A DNA stretch of 64,000 bases from an uncultured Armatimonadetes bacterium (lineage in GTDB: Bacteria; Armatimonadota; Hebobacteria; Hebobacterales; Hebobacteraceae), in the NCBI GenBank assembly GCA_963716175.1, contig OY970296.1, forward strand, positions 3,136,001-3,200,000, in the 5' to 3' direction. Position 1 is the stretch's first letter; every line of letters begins with the position of its first letter. The notes below the pieces were generated by a model. That model made no database searches. It saw only the letters and a list, made by a program, of their open reading frames with translations, and was not told the DNA's origin. Positions 10,756 to 20,551 of this stretch are shown here, in pieces. The position numbers and the translations under genes are program-made.

Positions 10756-12054
10756 ATGATCGAAGACGGCTGGCGCATCATCGGCGGACGCCCCCTGCAG
10801 GGAAGGGTCAGACCCTCTGGCAGCAAGAACGGCGCGCTTCCTACCCTGGCGGCGACGCTGCTGCTCGAGGGCGAGGCCCTGCTGCACAACGTGCCTCGCA
10901 TCGCTGATGTCGAGACCATGCTCGGGCTGCTGCGCAGCTTCGGCCTGGCGGTGGAATGGGCGGCCGACGGCAGCCTGCGGGTAGTGAACCGCGGCATCGA
11001 GACCCACCGCGCGCCGCTGGAGCTGGCGGGCCGCATGCGTGCCTCGCACTACCTGCTGGGCCCCTTGCTGGCCAGGCTGGGGAGGGCCGAGATTCCCTAT
11101 CCCGGCGGATGCGCCATCGGGGAGCGGCCCGTGGATTACATCCTTGCCGGCCTGGAGGCGCTGGGTGGCGAGAGCCGGGTGGACGAGGCTGGGATCAGGG
11201 TGCGCGCCATGCGGCTGGTCGGCGCGCGCTTCTCCCTCGACCCGGTGTTCCGCAGCCCCGGCGCCACCTTCAACCTGCTCATGGCGGCCTCGCTCGCCAG
11301 GGGCAGTACGGTGATTGAGAACGCTTCCTTCGAGCCGGACGTGATCGCCTTCTGCCAGTACCTGACCGCGGCCGGCGCACAAATCGAGGGCGCGGGCACT
11401 ACCAGCATCACGGTGCGAGGTAGGAAGGCGCTGCACAGCGTCGAGCACACCGTGAACTGCGACCGGCTGGAGGCGGGCACGTTCTTCTGCGCCGCTTCCG
11501 CGTCGCGGGGCGCAATCACCGTCGAGGGCATCGGCCGGGGCGAGCTGGGGGCGATCCCAGACAAGCTCGAGGAGGCGGGCGTGCTTCTGCAGGAGCGCGA
11601 TGGCGGCCTGACCGCGGTCGGCACGGAGCGCCCACGTGGCATCTCCGTAGTAACGCAGCCGTTCCCTCACTTTCCGACCGATCTGCAGCCGCCCCTGGCG
11701 GCCGTGCTCGCCACCGCCGAGGGCACGAGCAGCGTCCGGGATAGCATCTTCGACATGCGCTTGCAGTATGTCGAGCCCTTGCTCGCGATGGGCGCGAGTA
11801 TCCGCCAGCTCGACGCCCGCACCGTGGAGATCGCCGGGGTGCCGCGCCTGCACGGGGCCGCCGTGGAGGCATTCAACATCCGCGACGGCGCGGCCCTGGT
11901 GGTGGCCGCGCTGGGAGCGGAAGGGGAGAGCCACGTGCTGGGCCGGCGCTTCGTCGCCCGCGGCTATCAGGATCTGGACAGCAAGCTGCGCGCCCTGGGG
12001 GCGGAGATCAGCCTCATCGAGCAGCCCTCGCAGACCGTCGCCGATCGGCCTTAG
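10756..12054 (+). CDS. murA: UDP-GlcNAc 1-carboxyvinyltransferase
   Basis: SGSKN, MRASH, PGGCAIGERP (catalytic Cys), FPTDLQ. Confidence 0.95.
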   Translation: MIEDGWRIIGGRPLQGRVRPSGSKNGALPTLAATLLLEGEALLHNVPRIADVETMLGLLRSFGLAVEWAADGSLRVVNRGIETHRAPLELAGRMRASHYLLGPLLARLGRAEIPYPGGCAIGERPVDYILAGLEALGGESRVDEAGIRVRAMRLVGARFSLDPVFRSPGATFNLLMAASLARGSTVIENASFEPDVIAFCQYLTAAGAQIEGAGTTSITVRGRKALHSVEHTVNCDRLEAGTFFCAASASRGAITVEGIGRGELGAIPDKLEEAGVLLQERDGGLTAVGTERPRGISVVTQPFPHFPTDLQPPLAAVLATAEGTSSVRDSIFDMRLQYVEPLLAMGASIRQLDARTVEIAGVPRLHGAAVEAFNIRDGAALVVAALGAEGESHVLGRRFVARGYQDLDSKLRALGAEISLIEQPSQTVADRP

Positions 12055-12055
12055 A

Positions 12056-12115
12056 GGCTGTACCAAACCCCGGTCGAGTGGACTGTCATAATGCCCCAGT
12101 GGCTTTGATACAGCC
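12056..12115. mobile_element. ~60-bp MITE-like element with GGCTGTAYCAAA terminal inverted repeats
   Basis: GGCTGTACCAAA...TTTGATACAGCC; related copy at 56836-56894. Confidence 0.55.
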
Positions 12116-12212
12116 CCGCAGATGGTTGTGTCAGACCCGGAATATGCACACGCTCAGGAGCCGCGCAGGGGTATCCCATCGCTATTCAACATGGGCAGGT
12201 TGTCTCACTGTC

Positions 12213-12341
12213 TTACCGCGTCACCTTCCTTCTCTCCAATTCACACCAAGCGTTGAAGGTCAGCCGACCTGAGGTGGCTCCGCCAAGACAGGCCGAAACG
12301 CAGAGGCACATCGCGAATACCAACGCCGGTTTCCTCACCAT
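12213..12341 (-). pseudogene. 42-codon ORF with signal-peptide-like N-terminus, probably truncated
   Basis: AAGGAGGGA RBS; MVRKPALVFAMCLCVSACLGGATSG..; crosses the 17-bp IR and then stops. Confidence 0.45.
12238..12254. repeat. 17-bp inverted repeat, left copy
   Basis: AATTCACACCAAGCGTT is the exact reverse complement of 13754-13770. Confidence 0.85.
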
Positions 12342-12380
12342 TCCCTCCTTGTCTGGGGCTCGCGAGAGCGCAAAGGGCTC

Positions 12381-13733
12381 CTACTCCTCCACGATCTGCA
12401 CCTCCATGATACGGGCGTCGAGGCTCCAGCTGCGGCACATGAGTGTGTGGAGGTGGTCGGGGCCGTCCCAGATCGGGCGGGTACCCCAGAAGACGCTCGC
12501 ATCGAAGCGCGTGGTCTCGACCCCGTCCACGACTATCGCACCCCCGTCTGCGGGGAAGGTATGGGGAACGGCAGCGATGTAGGCGAGGTGCTTGCTGTCC
12601 GGGCTGAAAGCGAGGGCCCAGACTCCATTGTACTGAGGGCCCTCAGCGCCGTCGGCAACCACAAGCCACTTTGTCCCGAGGGCGGCAGCATAGGCCAGTC
12701 GGCGGCTGTCAGGGCTGAAGGTTGGCGCCGAGCAGCCGTCATAGGCTTCCCCCTCGACTCCATCCAGCACCACCATGCCTTTGCCATCACGGGCGGCGCA
12801 GTAGGCGAGATGGGCGCTGTCAGGGCTGTAGACCGGGTTAGAGCGGTAACGGATGGCGTCGTATGCTTTTCCCTCGACTCCACCGGCGACGACGAACCAT
12901 GACGTCCCCCGCCTCGCCCGATAGCAGAAGTGCTTCCCGTCGGGGCTGAAGGTCAGGGACTCGGGGGAAACCTCGTCATACTCTTTCCGGCGCTCTCCAT
13001 CCACCACCACGAAGAACGCATCCCCGCTTTTCGCGGCGAAGGCCAGCCGCGTTCCGTCCGGGCTCAGGACAGGACGCAGGACTAGATCGTACCGCTCGCC
13101 CTCCTGGCAGTCGGCCACGACGAACCACTGCCCGCCGGCCTTGGCCAAGTAAGCCACGTGCTTCCCCTCGGCGTCGAAGGCGATTGGCCCGCCGACCTCG
13201 TCGTACTCCTTCCCCTCCACCCCGTCCACCACCGCCAGCCACCTCTCTCCTTTCTTCGCAAGGTAAGCGAAGCGCCTGCTGTCAGGGCTGAAGACAAGCG
13301 GCATCTGGACTTCATCGTATTGCTTCTGCTCCACCCCGTCCAGGACGACGGAGCAGCGCGACCGCCTGCTTGCGCGGGCGACGAAGGCCAGCCGCTTGCC
13401 GTCAGGGCTCCATGTGGCCGGGTAATCATCATCGATGCCCGCCAGCCCCGGCCCGTAGGCCTGCCCGTCCACCGCCATCACCATCCGCTTCTTGGCGAAG
13501 AAGCGGGCGACGGGATGGGCCTCGTGGCGGTTGTCCGGGCTGGCCACAACCCAGGTGAAGGACCGGGTTTCGCCGGACAGGGTCGCCAGCAGGTCCCCCT
13601 CGTGGATCTTGGCGAGGGTGGTCTCAGTCACGGTCAGCTTCAGCTTCGGCGGGTCCTCGGCGGCCGGTGAACGGCCCGCCGCGAGCGCCACGGCTGCTAG
13701 CGCCGCGAGCACGAATGCGAAGGCTGTTCTCAT
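12381..13733 (-). CDS. Secreted TolB/PD40-like beta-propeller repeat protein
   Basis: Signal peptide; repeated FSPDxxxLAY..W.VV.DGxEGxxYD units. Confidence 0.85.
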   Translation of the reverse strand: MRTAFAFVLAALAAVALAAGRSPAAEDPPKLKLTVTETTLAKIHEGDLLATLSGETRSFTWVVASPDNRHEAHPVARFFAKKRMVMAVDGQAYGPGLAGIDDDYPATWSPDGKRLAFVARASRRSRCSVVLDGVEQKQYDEVQMPLVFSPDSRRFAYLAKKGERWLAVVDGVEGKEYDEVGGPIAFDAEGKHVAYLAKAGGQWFVVADCQEGERYDLVLRPVLSPDGTRLAFAAKSGDAFFVVVDGERRKEYDEVSPESLTFSPDGKHFCYRARRGTSWFVVAGGVEGKAYDAIRYRSNPVYSPDSAHLAYCAARDGKGMVVLDGVEGEAYDGCSAPTFSPDSRRLAYAAALGTKWLVVADGAEGPQYNGVWALAFSPDSKHLAYIAAVPHTFPADGGAIVVDGVETTRFDASVFWGTRPIWDGPDHLHTLMCRSWSLDARIMEVQIVEE

Positions 13734-13753
13734 CGAGCGTCCCTCCCCAGCCA

Positions 13754-13770
13754 AACGCTTGGTGTGAATT
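13754..13770. repeat. 17-bp inverted repeat, right copy
   Basis: AACGCTTGGTGTGAATT. Confidence 0.85.
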
Positions 13771-13824
13771 AGACCCAGATCATGCGTAGGCGAGGGCTGA
13801 AAGCTGAGAAGTGCCCACTATGCG

Positions 13825-13955
13825 TAGAGAGCATTTCATAACCTACCTGCTGGCTGGCCGCACTACGCCCTCGCATGAAATGCGCCTGCCACTGCCTGAC
13901 GTTGTGCAGTGCTGTTTCATAACCTCCCCTGGGAAGGTTATGAAACAGCTTCTAG
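13825..13955. mobile_element. Two MITE-like palindromes (GCATTTCATA..ATGAAATGC and GCTGTTTCATAACCT..AGGTTATGAAACAGC)
   Basis: 15-bp perfect IR at 13911-13949; same core as 1456-1484; resembles IS terminal repeats without a transposase. Confidence 0.6.
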
Positions 13956-14127
13956 ACTTTCTTGTCTCAGCCGATTCACCTACAAGTTGAAAGGTCGCCC
14001 TCAAGAGAAGCATGAATTTGCCTTGTCTTCTTGCTCATTTGCTTTTTCCTACGCATAATCTCGGTTAGAGGCTCTTGGGCCAGCCCAGGTTCCTCATCAT
14101 CAGAGAGGCGGACGGCGGGGCGGCCTG

Positions 14128-14967
14128 TTAGGCGTCGCGCACTGCGCCCACAGCGATCTCGATGCTGCGGCGCATGGCGCTGGCGAATGCGATGACTGCC
14201 TTCTCTGCCGCCTGCACCTTCGTATAGCCGGAGAGGAAGTAGTCCCAGCCCGAGAGGTAGTAGCTGGCGTAGCTCTCCGCCAGCGCCACTTCGCCCAGGT
14301 GCGCGAGCAATGAGACCACGCGCGTGCGATTGGCCGACCACGCCTCCTGGGGTGGCACGCCGAGCGTCGTGAGCACCCGCGGGCCGGTGGGCGAGAGCTG
14401 CCAGTTCAGATCCCGGAGCACCGCGGGCAGGTGGGCATCGGCCTTGTCGATCATCCGCAGCGGAAGTGCCTCCACGCGGGGAGCGAGCGCGAGCACGCTC
14501 TTGCGGTCGAGTTCCCGGATGCGGTCGGCTTGTGGGCAGTCCTCATGTAGTGGCTCACCGAACACTGTCTTGAGTGTGCCTTCGGGCGCCGGGCAGTAGT
14601 CAGGGTCGGCCAGCAGGCGATTGAGCAACACGAGCTGCGGCTCGGGGAAGTGGATCGGATCGCTCACGCGAGCCCGGTAGGCGCCGATGACCTGTGACCT
14701 GATGCCGAGCGTGCTCTGCAGGCTGAACCGGCCGGCGGCAGCGTCCGTATCCCTGAACAGCAAATGGATATCAACGTCACTCAGCTCGGGAACATAGTCG
14801 AGCGGCGAATCCCAGGCCTTGATCGCCGATCCTTTGACGTAGATTCCCGTGATTTCGCCGGCGGGCACGAAGGCGAGGAGCGTCTCGACAAAGGCGTCAA
14901 TCAGGCCATCCACTTCCCGCCGGATACGTTCCTTGCTCGGGTACTTCGCCGACCAGGCGAGATCCAA
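14128..14967 (-). CDS. Pol-beta-like nucleotidyltransferase domain protein
   Basis: YVKGS...SDVDIH (GS..DxD) signature. Confidence 0.65.
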   Translation of the reverse strand: MDLAWSAKYPSKERIRREVDGLIDAFVETLLAFVPAGEITGIYVKGSAIKAWDSPLDYVPELSDVDIHLLFRDTDAAAGRFSLQSTLGIRSQVIGAYRARVSDPIHFPEPQLVLLNRLLADPDYCPAPEGTLKTVFGEPLHEDCPQADRIRELDRKSVLALAPRVEALPLRMIDKADAHLPAVLRDLNWQLSPTGPRVLTTLGVPPQEAWSANRTRVVSLLAHLGEVALAESYASYYLSGWDYFLSGYTKVQAAEKAVIAFASAMRRSIEIAVGAVRDA

Positions 14968-15044
14968 GCCGCCCTCCTGACGCGCGTGCGCTCTCTGAGC
15001 ACCGCGGACTGCCTGCTGACTTCCGGTGCGGCCTGGTGGCCAGG

Positions 15045-16259
15045 TCAGTAGGCGCGGCCCACCTTCTCCTGCTGGAACCCGGCCTGGATCACCTGCATCG
15101 CCTGCTGCGCCAGCTTCTCCACCGTGCTCTTGTGGAAGTCGGCATCCTCGGGGGTGATGGCGAAGAGCGTCTGTCCCCGTGCCTGCACCAGGGTCTGCTC
15201 CCCCGCCTGGGTCAGTGTGACTTCCAGAGGCCGAAGATCGGAGAGCAGCAGCCGGTTGAAAGCATCGGACGCGCGCTGGGCTCGGGTCAGTGGAGAGTTC
15301 CCTGCCACCTCCACTGCCGGCTGGAAGACCGACGCTGACCAGGGCTCTACGCCACCCGAGGTAGTGAGCCGCAGTTCCCCGATCTCCCGGCCTTCCACGG
15401 TCACCGCCACTGCCACCGCCGTCAGCGACTTCGTCACCCGCCGGCGCTCGATCGGGATCTTGAGGTCGTTGAGTTCGCTGGTGATGGCGGCGATCCGCTC
15501 TTCCGGGTAGGGGTGAGTCTGGAAGACGCCCTGCTGCACTGGGGCCTCGCCCCCCTCCAGGCGGGCCAGGCCCTCGGCGACAGTGAGCATCGCCACCGGG
15601 TTGTAGACCTTGCTGGCATTCAGGTAGAGCACCGCGTTGTGATCCGCCTCCAGCTCCGCCCCTCTCCCGTAATGGTTCAGCGCGTCCTCTACCACCAGGC
15701 TGCCCACCATCGCAATCGCGCCGGGGTCCACGCTGCTGGATCTGCTCAGGATCGAGCCCAGCACGATCGGCCCCAGAATCCTATTATAGCGGTCGTTCTT
15801 GCTCATCATCTTGCGGGAGTGGCCCAGGCAGACGTGAGCCATCTCGTGCCCCGCCACCGCGGCCAGCTCGTCATCCGACTCCACCGCATCCAGCAGCCCC
15901 TGAGTGAAGTAGAGATAGCCGCCAGGCAGGGAGAAGGCGTTGATCGCCTTGCTGTCTACCACCTTCACCTGATAGCTGAGATGCGGCTTCTGGGTGACAG
16001 GGCGGAGCCGGTCCACGATGGCGGTGATGCGCGGCAGGGCCGGCGAGTCCTTGATCATCTTGAACTGCTTCGCCACCGCCTCGTCCGCCGATTTGCCAAT
16101 GTCGGCGTCGGCCTTCTCCTCGGGGGTCATCTCCACGGACCCGGAGGCCGCAGGCGTCCCCGCGGCCTGCTCGGCCGCCGACCCAGGCCCTGCCCCCGGG
16201 CCAGCCAGGCCCAGCGCCAGCAGCGCCAGGATCAGACTCAGCTTGCCGACTTCCCGCAC
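15045..16259 (-). CDS. Secreted M48 family zinc metalloprotease
   Basis: NAFSLPGG, HEMAH, ELEAD, THP; start placed at GTG with GGAG RBS, followed by a signal peptide. Confidence 0.9.
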   Translation of the reverse strand: MREVGKLSLILALLALGLAGPGAGPGSAAEQAAGTPAASGSVEMTPEEKADADIGKSADEAVAKQFKMIKDSPALPRITAIVDRLRPVTQKPHLSYQVKVVDSKAINAFSLPGGYLYFTQGLLDAVESDDELAAVAGHEMAHVCLGHSRKMMSKNDRYNRILGPIVLGSILSRSSSVDPGAIAMVGSLVVEDALNHYGRGAELEADHNAVLYLNASKVYNPVAMLTVAEGLARLEGGEAPVQQGVFQTHPYPEERIAAITSELNDLKIPIERRRVTKSLTAVAVAVTVEGREIGELRLTTSGGVEPWSASVFQPAVEVAGNSPLTRAQRASDAFNRLLLSDLRPLEVTLTQAGEQTLVQARGQTLFAITPEDADFHKSTVEKLAQQAMQVIQAGFQQEKVGRAY

Positions 16260-16596
16260 GTCTTCGCTCCGCAGCGCCCCTGCGCTCCGCCGCATCAGGC
16301 AATAAGCCCAAGTGCGCAGACCGGGCCGGAGCGGCTCGCGACAGGGCCCGGCTAGCACTCGTGTATGCAGACATGACCAGTATACCATGCCAGGGGCCTC
16401 CTAAGCGCGGCCCCATTTCCACCGCGCTGGGCCGGCACAAGCACAGCCGCATCGTGTCCCCGACATGCACACGAATCGTGGTATATAGCCACCGACGGCA
16501 CGGTGGCAGGGGTAGCCGCCCCGATGCCGGGGTAGCATATATCCAGGCGATGACGCGCACTTCCCAGGGTCAAGGGGCCGGGAGAGGACAGGCACT

Positions 16597-17214
16597 ATGA
16601 GCTCGAGACAACGGGAGTCGGCCTTCGGCGGGGTGCGTACCGAGACCCGGCAGGATTACCAGGTGATGATTGACTACATCAAAGACCAGATCGGGGAAGG
16701 TCGGGAATACCTGAACGACCTGGTCCGGGTGGTGCTATCGGATCGGGGATGCTACTACGAGTTCCGGGACATGCCGGAGGAGTTCTCCGGCGCGGTGGGC
16801 TCGGGGTTCCGCTATGAGTTCATCGGCACCCAGAAGAGCCGGGAGCTGTTGAGCGCCATCCAGGCCCTGATGGCCGCCCCCGAGACCGCGGACACGCTCG
16901 AGATCAGCTTGATGGTGGTGTACGGGTGGGACGGACTGTTCCGGCGGGAGGATATGTTCGTCTACCACTGGGCCCGCGACGGCGGTGAGGAGGAGGGGCC
17001 GGTGATGGTGGGCGTCTACCGGCCGGAGGTGCTTCCCTTGTTCTTCAAGCTCAAGGTGGACAGCCCGCTGGCCGAGCCCCTGCTCGGGGCCGCCAGGGGT
17101 GTCCTCTTCTTCGTAGCCAATCTCAGCGACCAGCACCTGCTGGTCCGGATCCCACACATGGGCCCCGGCGTCACCGACCTGAACGAGCCTCACGGGCCCA
17201 GGCTCATCCACTGA
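16597..17214 (+). CDS. Hypothetical protein
   Basis: 205-aa ORF with RBS and typical codon bias; no family recognised. Confidence 0.75.
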   Translation: MSSRQRESAFGGVRTETRQDYQVMIDYIKDQIGEGREYLNDLVRVVLSDRGCYYEFRDMPEEFSGAVGSGFRYEFIGTQKSRELLSAIQALMAAPETADTLEISLMVVYGWDGLFRREDMFVYHWARDGGEEEGPVMVGVYRPEVLPLFFKLKVDSPLAEPLLGAARGVLFFVANLSDQHLLVRIPHMGPGVTDLNEPHGPRLIH

Positions 17215-17238
17215 TCGCAGCGCGAATCAGCTATCCTA

Positions 17239-17269
17239 CACCGACCCGGCCCGGAAGGCCGGGTCGGTG
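17239..17269. terminator. GC-rich hairpin, probable terminator
   Basis: CACCGACCCGGCC-GGAA-GGCCGGGTCGGTG. Confidence 0.6.
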
Positions 17270-17337
17270 CGTTTCTCCGACTCCTGCGGGCGGCTAGAGT
17301 TCCGCCGCCCGCCAGTCCGACCAGCGCCAGCACGGGC

Positions 17338-17367
17338 TTGCCCTGCCTCATGGCTGTATGCTATACT
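17338..17367 (+). promoter_or_regulatory. Promoter for rplS operon
   Basis: TTGCCC-N18-TATACT with extended TG. Confidence 0.6.
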
Positions 17368-17479
17368 TGCTCCGATGGTCTGGCAGACCCGTCCCCCTGG
17401 CGATTCCCTCGCCAGGCTTTTCTTAGAGGGCTGCATCCGAACTGGACATCACTGCCTGCGCGCTGGGAGGTGAGCTGCG

Positions 17480-17827
17480 ATGACGATGCTGACCGAGCTG
17501 GAGAAGGGGCAACTGCGCGGCGATCTGCCGGAGTTCGGGCCCGGCGATAATGTCACCGTCAGAATCCGCGTCACCGAGGGGGGCAAAGAGCGCGTGCAGC
17601 CCTATGAGGGTGTGGTCATCGCCCGGCGCAATCAGGGCCTGAAGGAGACCTTCACCGTCCGCCGGGTCACTCATGGCGTGGGCGTGGAGCGCACCTTCCT
17701 CTTGCATTCGCCGCGGCTGGAGAGCATCAAGGTCACGCGGCACGGCAAGGTGCGGCGGGCCAAGCTCTACTACCTGCGGGGCCGGGTGGGCCGGGCCGCC
17801 CGCATCAAAGAGGATCGTCGCTCCTAG
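17480..17827 (+). CDS. rplS: 50S ribosomal protein L19
   Basis: [13 protein letters not shown]; [11 protein letters not shown]. Confidence 0.98.
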   Translation: MTMLTELEKGQLRGDLPEFGPGDNVTVRIRVTEGGKERVQPYEGVVIARRNQGLKETFTVRRVTHGVGVERTFLLHSPRLESIKVTRHGKVRRAKLYYLRGRVGRAARIKEDRRS

Positions 17828-17828
17828 C

Positions 17829-18650
17829 ATGAACCCGGACCAGCCCTGGCAGATCGCCGCCCTGATCGGGCTGCTGACACTGTGCCGACTGCTGTGGGGT
17901 CGCTGGCGGCGATCCCCGGCGCGAGGCTTCCTGCTGGAGCTGTTCGACTCCGGGCTGATCGCATTCGCCCTGGTCTTCCTGCTCATCCGGCCCTTCGTGG
18001 TGCAGTCCTTCTACATCCCTTCAGCCTCTATGGAGCCCACCCTGATGGGGCCTGAGGTGGAGGGAGATGGATCCGCCCTGGGCCGGCAGGCCTGGAGCGC
18101 GCCCTTCGCAGTCGGGCCCCGCATCAGCCTGCGGTCCATGAGGGGAGATCACATCCTGGTCAACAAGTTCATCTACCGCCTCACCCCTCCTCGGCGGGGC
18201 GACATCATCGTGTTCCGGGCCCCGCCCCAGGCACTTCACGGCGGCCCCCCGAGCGATTTCATCAAGCGCCTGGTCGGGCTCCCGGGAGACCTGATCGAGA
18301 TCAGGCGAGGGCTGGGCGTCTTCGTGAACGGCGCGCGGCTGCGCGAACCGGCCGCTATCCCCCTGCCCGACTACGACTGGCCCGTGGATCGGGTGGGCCT
18401 GCCCAGCGGCAGGCCCTACCAGGTCCCGCCAGACTGCTACTTCGTGCTCGGCGACAACCGCAACCACAGCTACGACAGCCACGCCTGGCAGCTACCTGAC
18501 GGCTCGCCCCAGCCGGAGCTGGCACAGGGCCTGGTGCTCGGCAAGGCCATGGCCATCTTCTGGCCCCCGGGCAGGGCCCGGCTGCTGGGGGATAGCGCGC
18601 AGGTCTACCTGCCAAGCGTGCGCATCGCGCAGCAGATGAAGAGCATATGA
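17829..18650 (+). CDS. lepB: Signal peptidase I, copy 1
   Basis: IPSASMEP, FIKRLVG, GDNRNHSYDS. Confidence 0.93.
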   Translation: MNPDQPWQIAALIGLLTLCRLLWGRWRRSPARGFLLELFDSGLIAFALVFLLIRPFVVQSFYIPSASMEPTLMGPEVEGDGSALGRQAWSAPFAVGPRISLRSMRGDHILVNKFIYRLTPPRRGDIIVFRAPPQALHGGPPSDFIKRLVGLPGDLIEIRRGLGVFVNGARLREPAAIPLPDYDWPVDRVGLPSGRPYQVPPDCYFVLGDNRNHSYDSHAWQLPDGSPQPELAQGLVLGKAMAIFWPPGRARLLGDSAQVYLPSVRIAQQMKSI

Positions 18651-19402
18651 ACCTGGACCAGCCCTGGAAGATTGGCGCGGTCATCGGCCTGGTGGCCTTC
18701 CTCCGCATCATCTGGGCCCTGTGGCGCCGGGCGCCGGCGCGGCCGTTCATGGTGGAGCTGCTGGACTCCGGCCTGATCGCCTTCGTGCTGGTGTTCCTGC
18801 TCATCCGGCCCTTCGTGGTGCAGGCCTTCTACATCCCGTCCCGCTCCATGGTGCCGGCCCTGCTCGACGGCGATCGCATCCTGGTGAACCGGTTCCTCTA
18901 CCGGCTGAACCCGCCCGAGCGGGGCGACATCATCGTCTTCAACGCCCCGCCGCAGGCGCTTCAGGGGGACAGCAGGAAGGACTACGTCAAACGCCTGATC
19001 GGATTGCCGGGGGACGCCATCGAGATCAAGCGCGGCCTGGGCGTGTTCATCAATGGCACGCTGCTCAGGGATGCCCCGGGGGTGCCACTGCCCGAGTACG
19101 ATTGGCCGGTGGATGAGTACGACCTTCCCACCGGCCGCCCGTACGTTGTGCCCCAGGGCTGCTACTTCGTGCTGGGCGACAACCGCAATGACAGCAATGA
19201 CAGCCACAAGTGGACCGAGATAGCGGGCAATCGCCGCGTGCCTCGGCCGGAGCTGGAGGCAACGCAATTGGTGGGCAAGGCGATGGCCGCCTTCTGGCCC
19301 CTCTCCCGGATCGGGTTGGTCAGCGATCATCAGCAGGTCAGCCTTCCGACTCCCTCTCGCAGGGCCGCGCGACCGGGGGCGGCAGCGGCGGCCTCGCGCT
19401 GA
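18647..19402 (+). CDS. lepB: Signal peptidase I, copy 2
   Basis: IPSRSMVP, YVKRLIG, GDNRNDSNDS. Confidence 0.93.
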   Translation: MNLDQPWKIGAVIGLVAFLRIIWALWRRAPARPFMVELLDSGLIAFVLVFLLIRPFVVQAFYIPSRSMVPALLDGDRILVNRFLYRLNPPERGDIIVFNAPPQALQGDSRKDYVKRLIGLPGDAIEIKRGLGVFINGTLLRDAPGVPLPEYDWPVDEYDLPTGRPYVVPQGCYFVLGDNRNDSNDSHKWTEIAGNRRVPRPELEATQLVGKAMAAFWPLSRIGLVSDHQQVSLPTPSRRAARPGAAAAASR

Positions 19403-19411
19403 GGTGAGGGT

Positions 19412-20047
19412 ATGTGGGGCCGCTGGCGGATAGAGGAGGAGCTGCAGGGCCAGGGCTTCCGCCGCATCGCGGGAGTGGACGAGGCCGGACGCGGCCCTCT
19501 GGCGGGACCGGTGGTGGCGGCGGCCGCCATCCTTCCCCGGCGCTGCCGCCTGCCCGGTCTGCACGACTCCAAGTTGCTGACCAGGGGAGACCGGGAGCGG
19601 CTGTACGCCCTGATCCGGAAGCGGGCCATCGCGGTCGGGGTAGGAATAGCGGACGCCAAGATGGTTGACCGGCTGAACATTCTGGAGGCCACGCGCTGGG
19701 CGATGACAGAGGCGGTGGAGCAACTGGATCTGGAGCCGGACCTGCTGCTGGTGGACGGCCGGGAGCTACCTTTCCATCCCGGCGCGCAGCGCGCGATTGT
19801 GCGGGGCGATCGCCTCTGCGCCTCCATCGCCGCCGCCTCCATCGTGGCCAAGGTGCTGCGCGACCGCATGATGGACGAGTTGGATGGCCTCTACCCGCAG
19901 TATGGCTTCGCTCAGCACAAAGGCTATGCCACCAGACTGCATCACGCCAAGCTGTTGGAACTGGGCGCGTGTCCCGAGCATCGCGTGAGCTTCGCACCAG
20001 TGCGCGATTTGCTGCAGGGGCGGCTGCCTCTGCGCGACGCGAGTTGA
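19412..20047 (+). CDS. rnhB: Ribonuclease HII
   Basis: GVDEAGRGPLAGPV, DSK, SIAAASIVAKV. Confidence 0.97.
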   Translation: MWGRWRIEEELQGQGFRRIAGVDEAGRGPLAGPVVAAAAILPRRCRLPGLHDSKLLTRGDRERLYALIRKRAIAVGVGIADAKMVDRLNILEATRWAMTEAVEQLDLEPDLLLVDGRELPFHPGAQRAIVRGDRLCASIAAASIVAKVLRDRMMDELDGLYPQYGFAQHKGYATRLHHAKLLELGACPEHRVSFAPVRDLLQGRLPLRDAS

Positions 20048-20131
20048 GGCAGCAGGGGTCACGCGTGCTCTTGCCGCCCAGGGGTGTCGGGTTTCCGACG
20101 GGACAGGTTTCCGGCGAGCGAAGGCCGCGGC

Positions 20132-20161
20132 TTGACAAGGCGCCGCGTGGCTCCATATATT
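20132..20161 (+). promoter_or_regulatory. Promoter upstream of rpoZ-dnaJ
   Basis: TTGACA-N18-TATATT. Confidence 0.65.
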
Positions 20162-20296
20162 GAGCTTCGCCGAACCACGTGATCCGGCCAAGCTCGGAGG
20201 CGGGGCCGAAAGGCACTGCGGCGAAATCCGGAACCGCCTCCAGGCGCGAGCATCAATAGGCAGCCAATGCGGATGTCTCCGGGGGGTTGCACATCT

Positions 20297-20536
20297 ATGA
20301 GAGCACGGAGTCACTATGGTAGTGGTAAGCAGACCGAGGTGATTGACCGACTGGCGAAGAGGTACGGGAAGTATGCCTTGGTGGTGGGAGTGGCGCGGCG
20401 CGCGCACGATCTCAAGGAGCGCATTGATGCCACGCTGGAACCCAGCGGGGGTGGGCTGATCAACCGGGCGCTCACCGAGATCGCGCGGGGCGAGGTGCGG
20501 ATTCGCGGGGGGGAGCCCGAAGAGGAATCTGACTGA
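20297..20536 (+). CDS. rpoZ: RNA polymerase omega subunit-like protein
   Basis: IDRL..KYALVVGVARRA..ALTEIARGEV. Confidence 0.75.
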   Translation: MRARSHYGSGKQTEVIDRLAKRYGKYALVVGVARRAHDLKERIDATLEPSGGGLINRALTEIARGEVRIRGGEPEEESD

Positions 20537-20551
20537 CCCGCCGCCTCAGCC

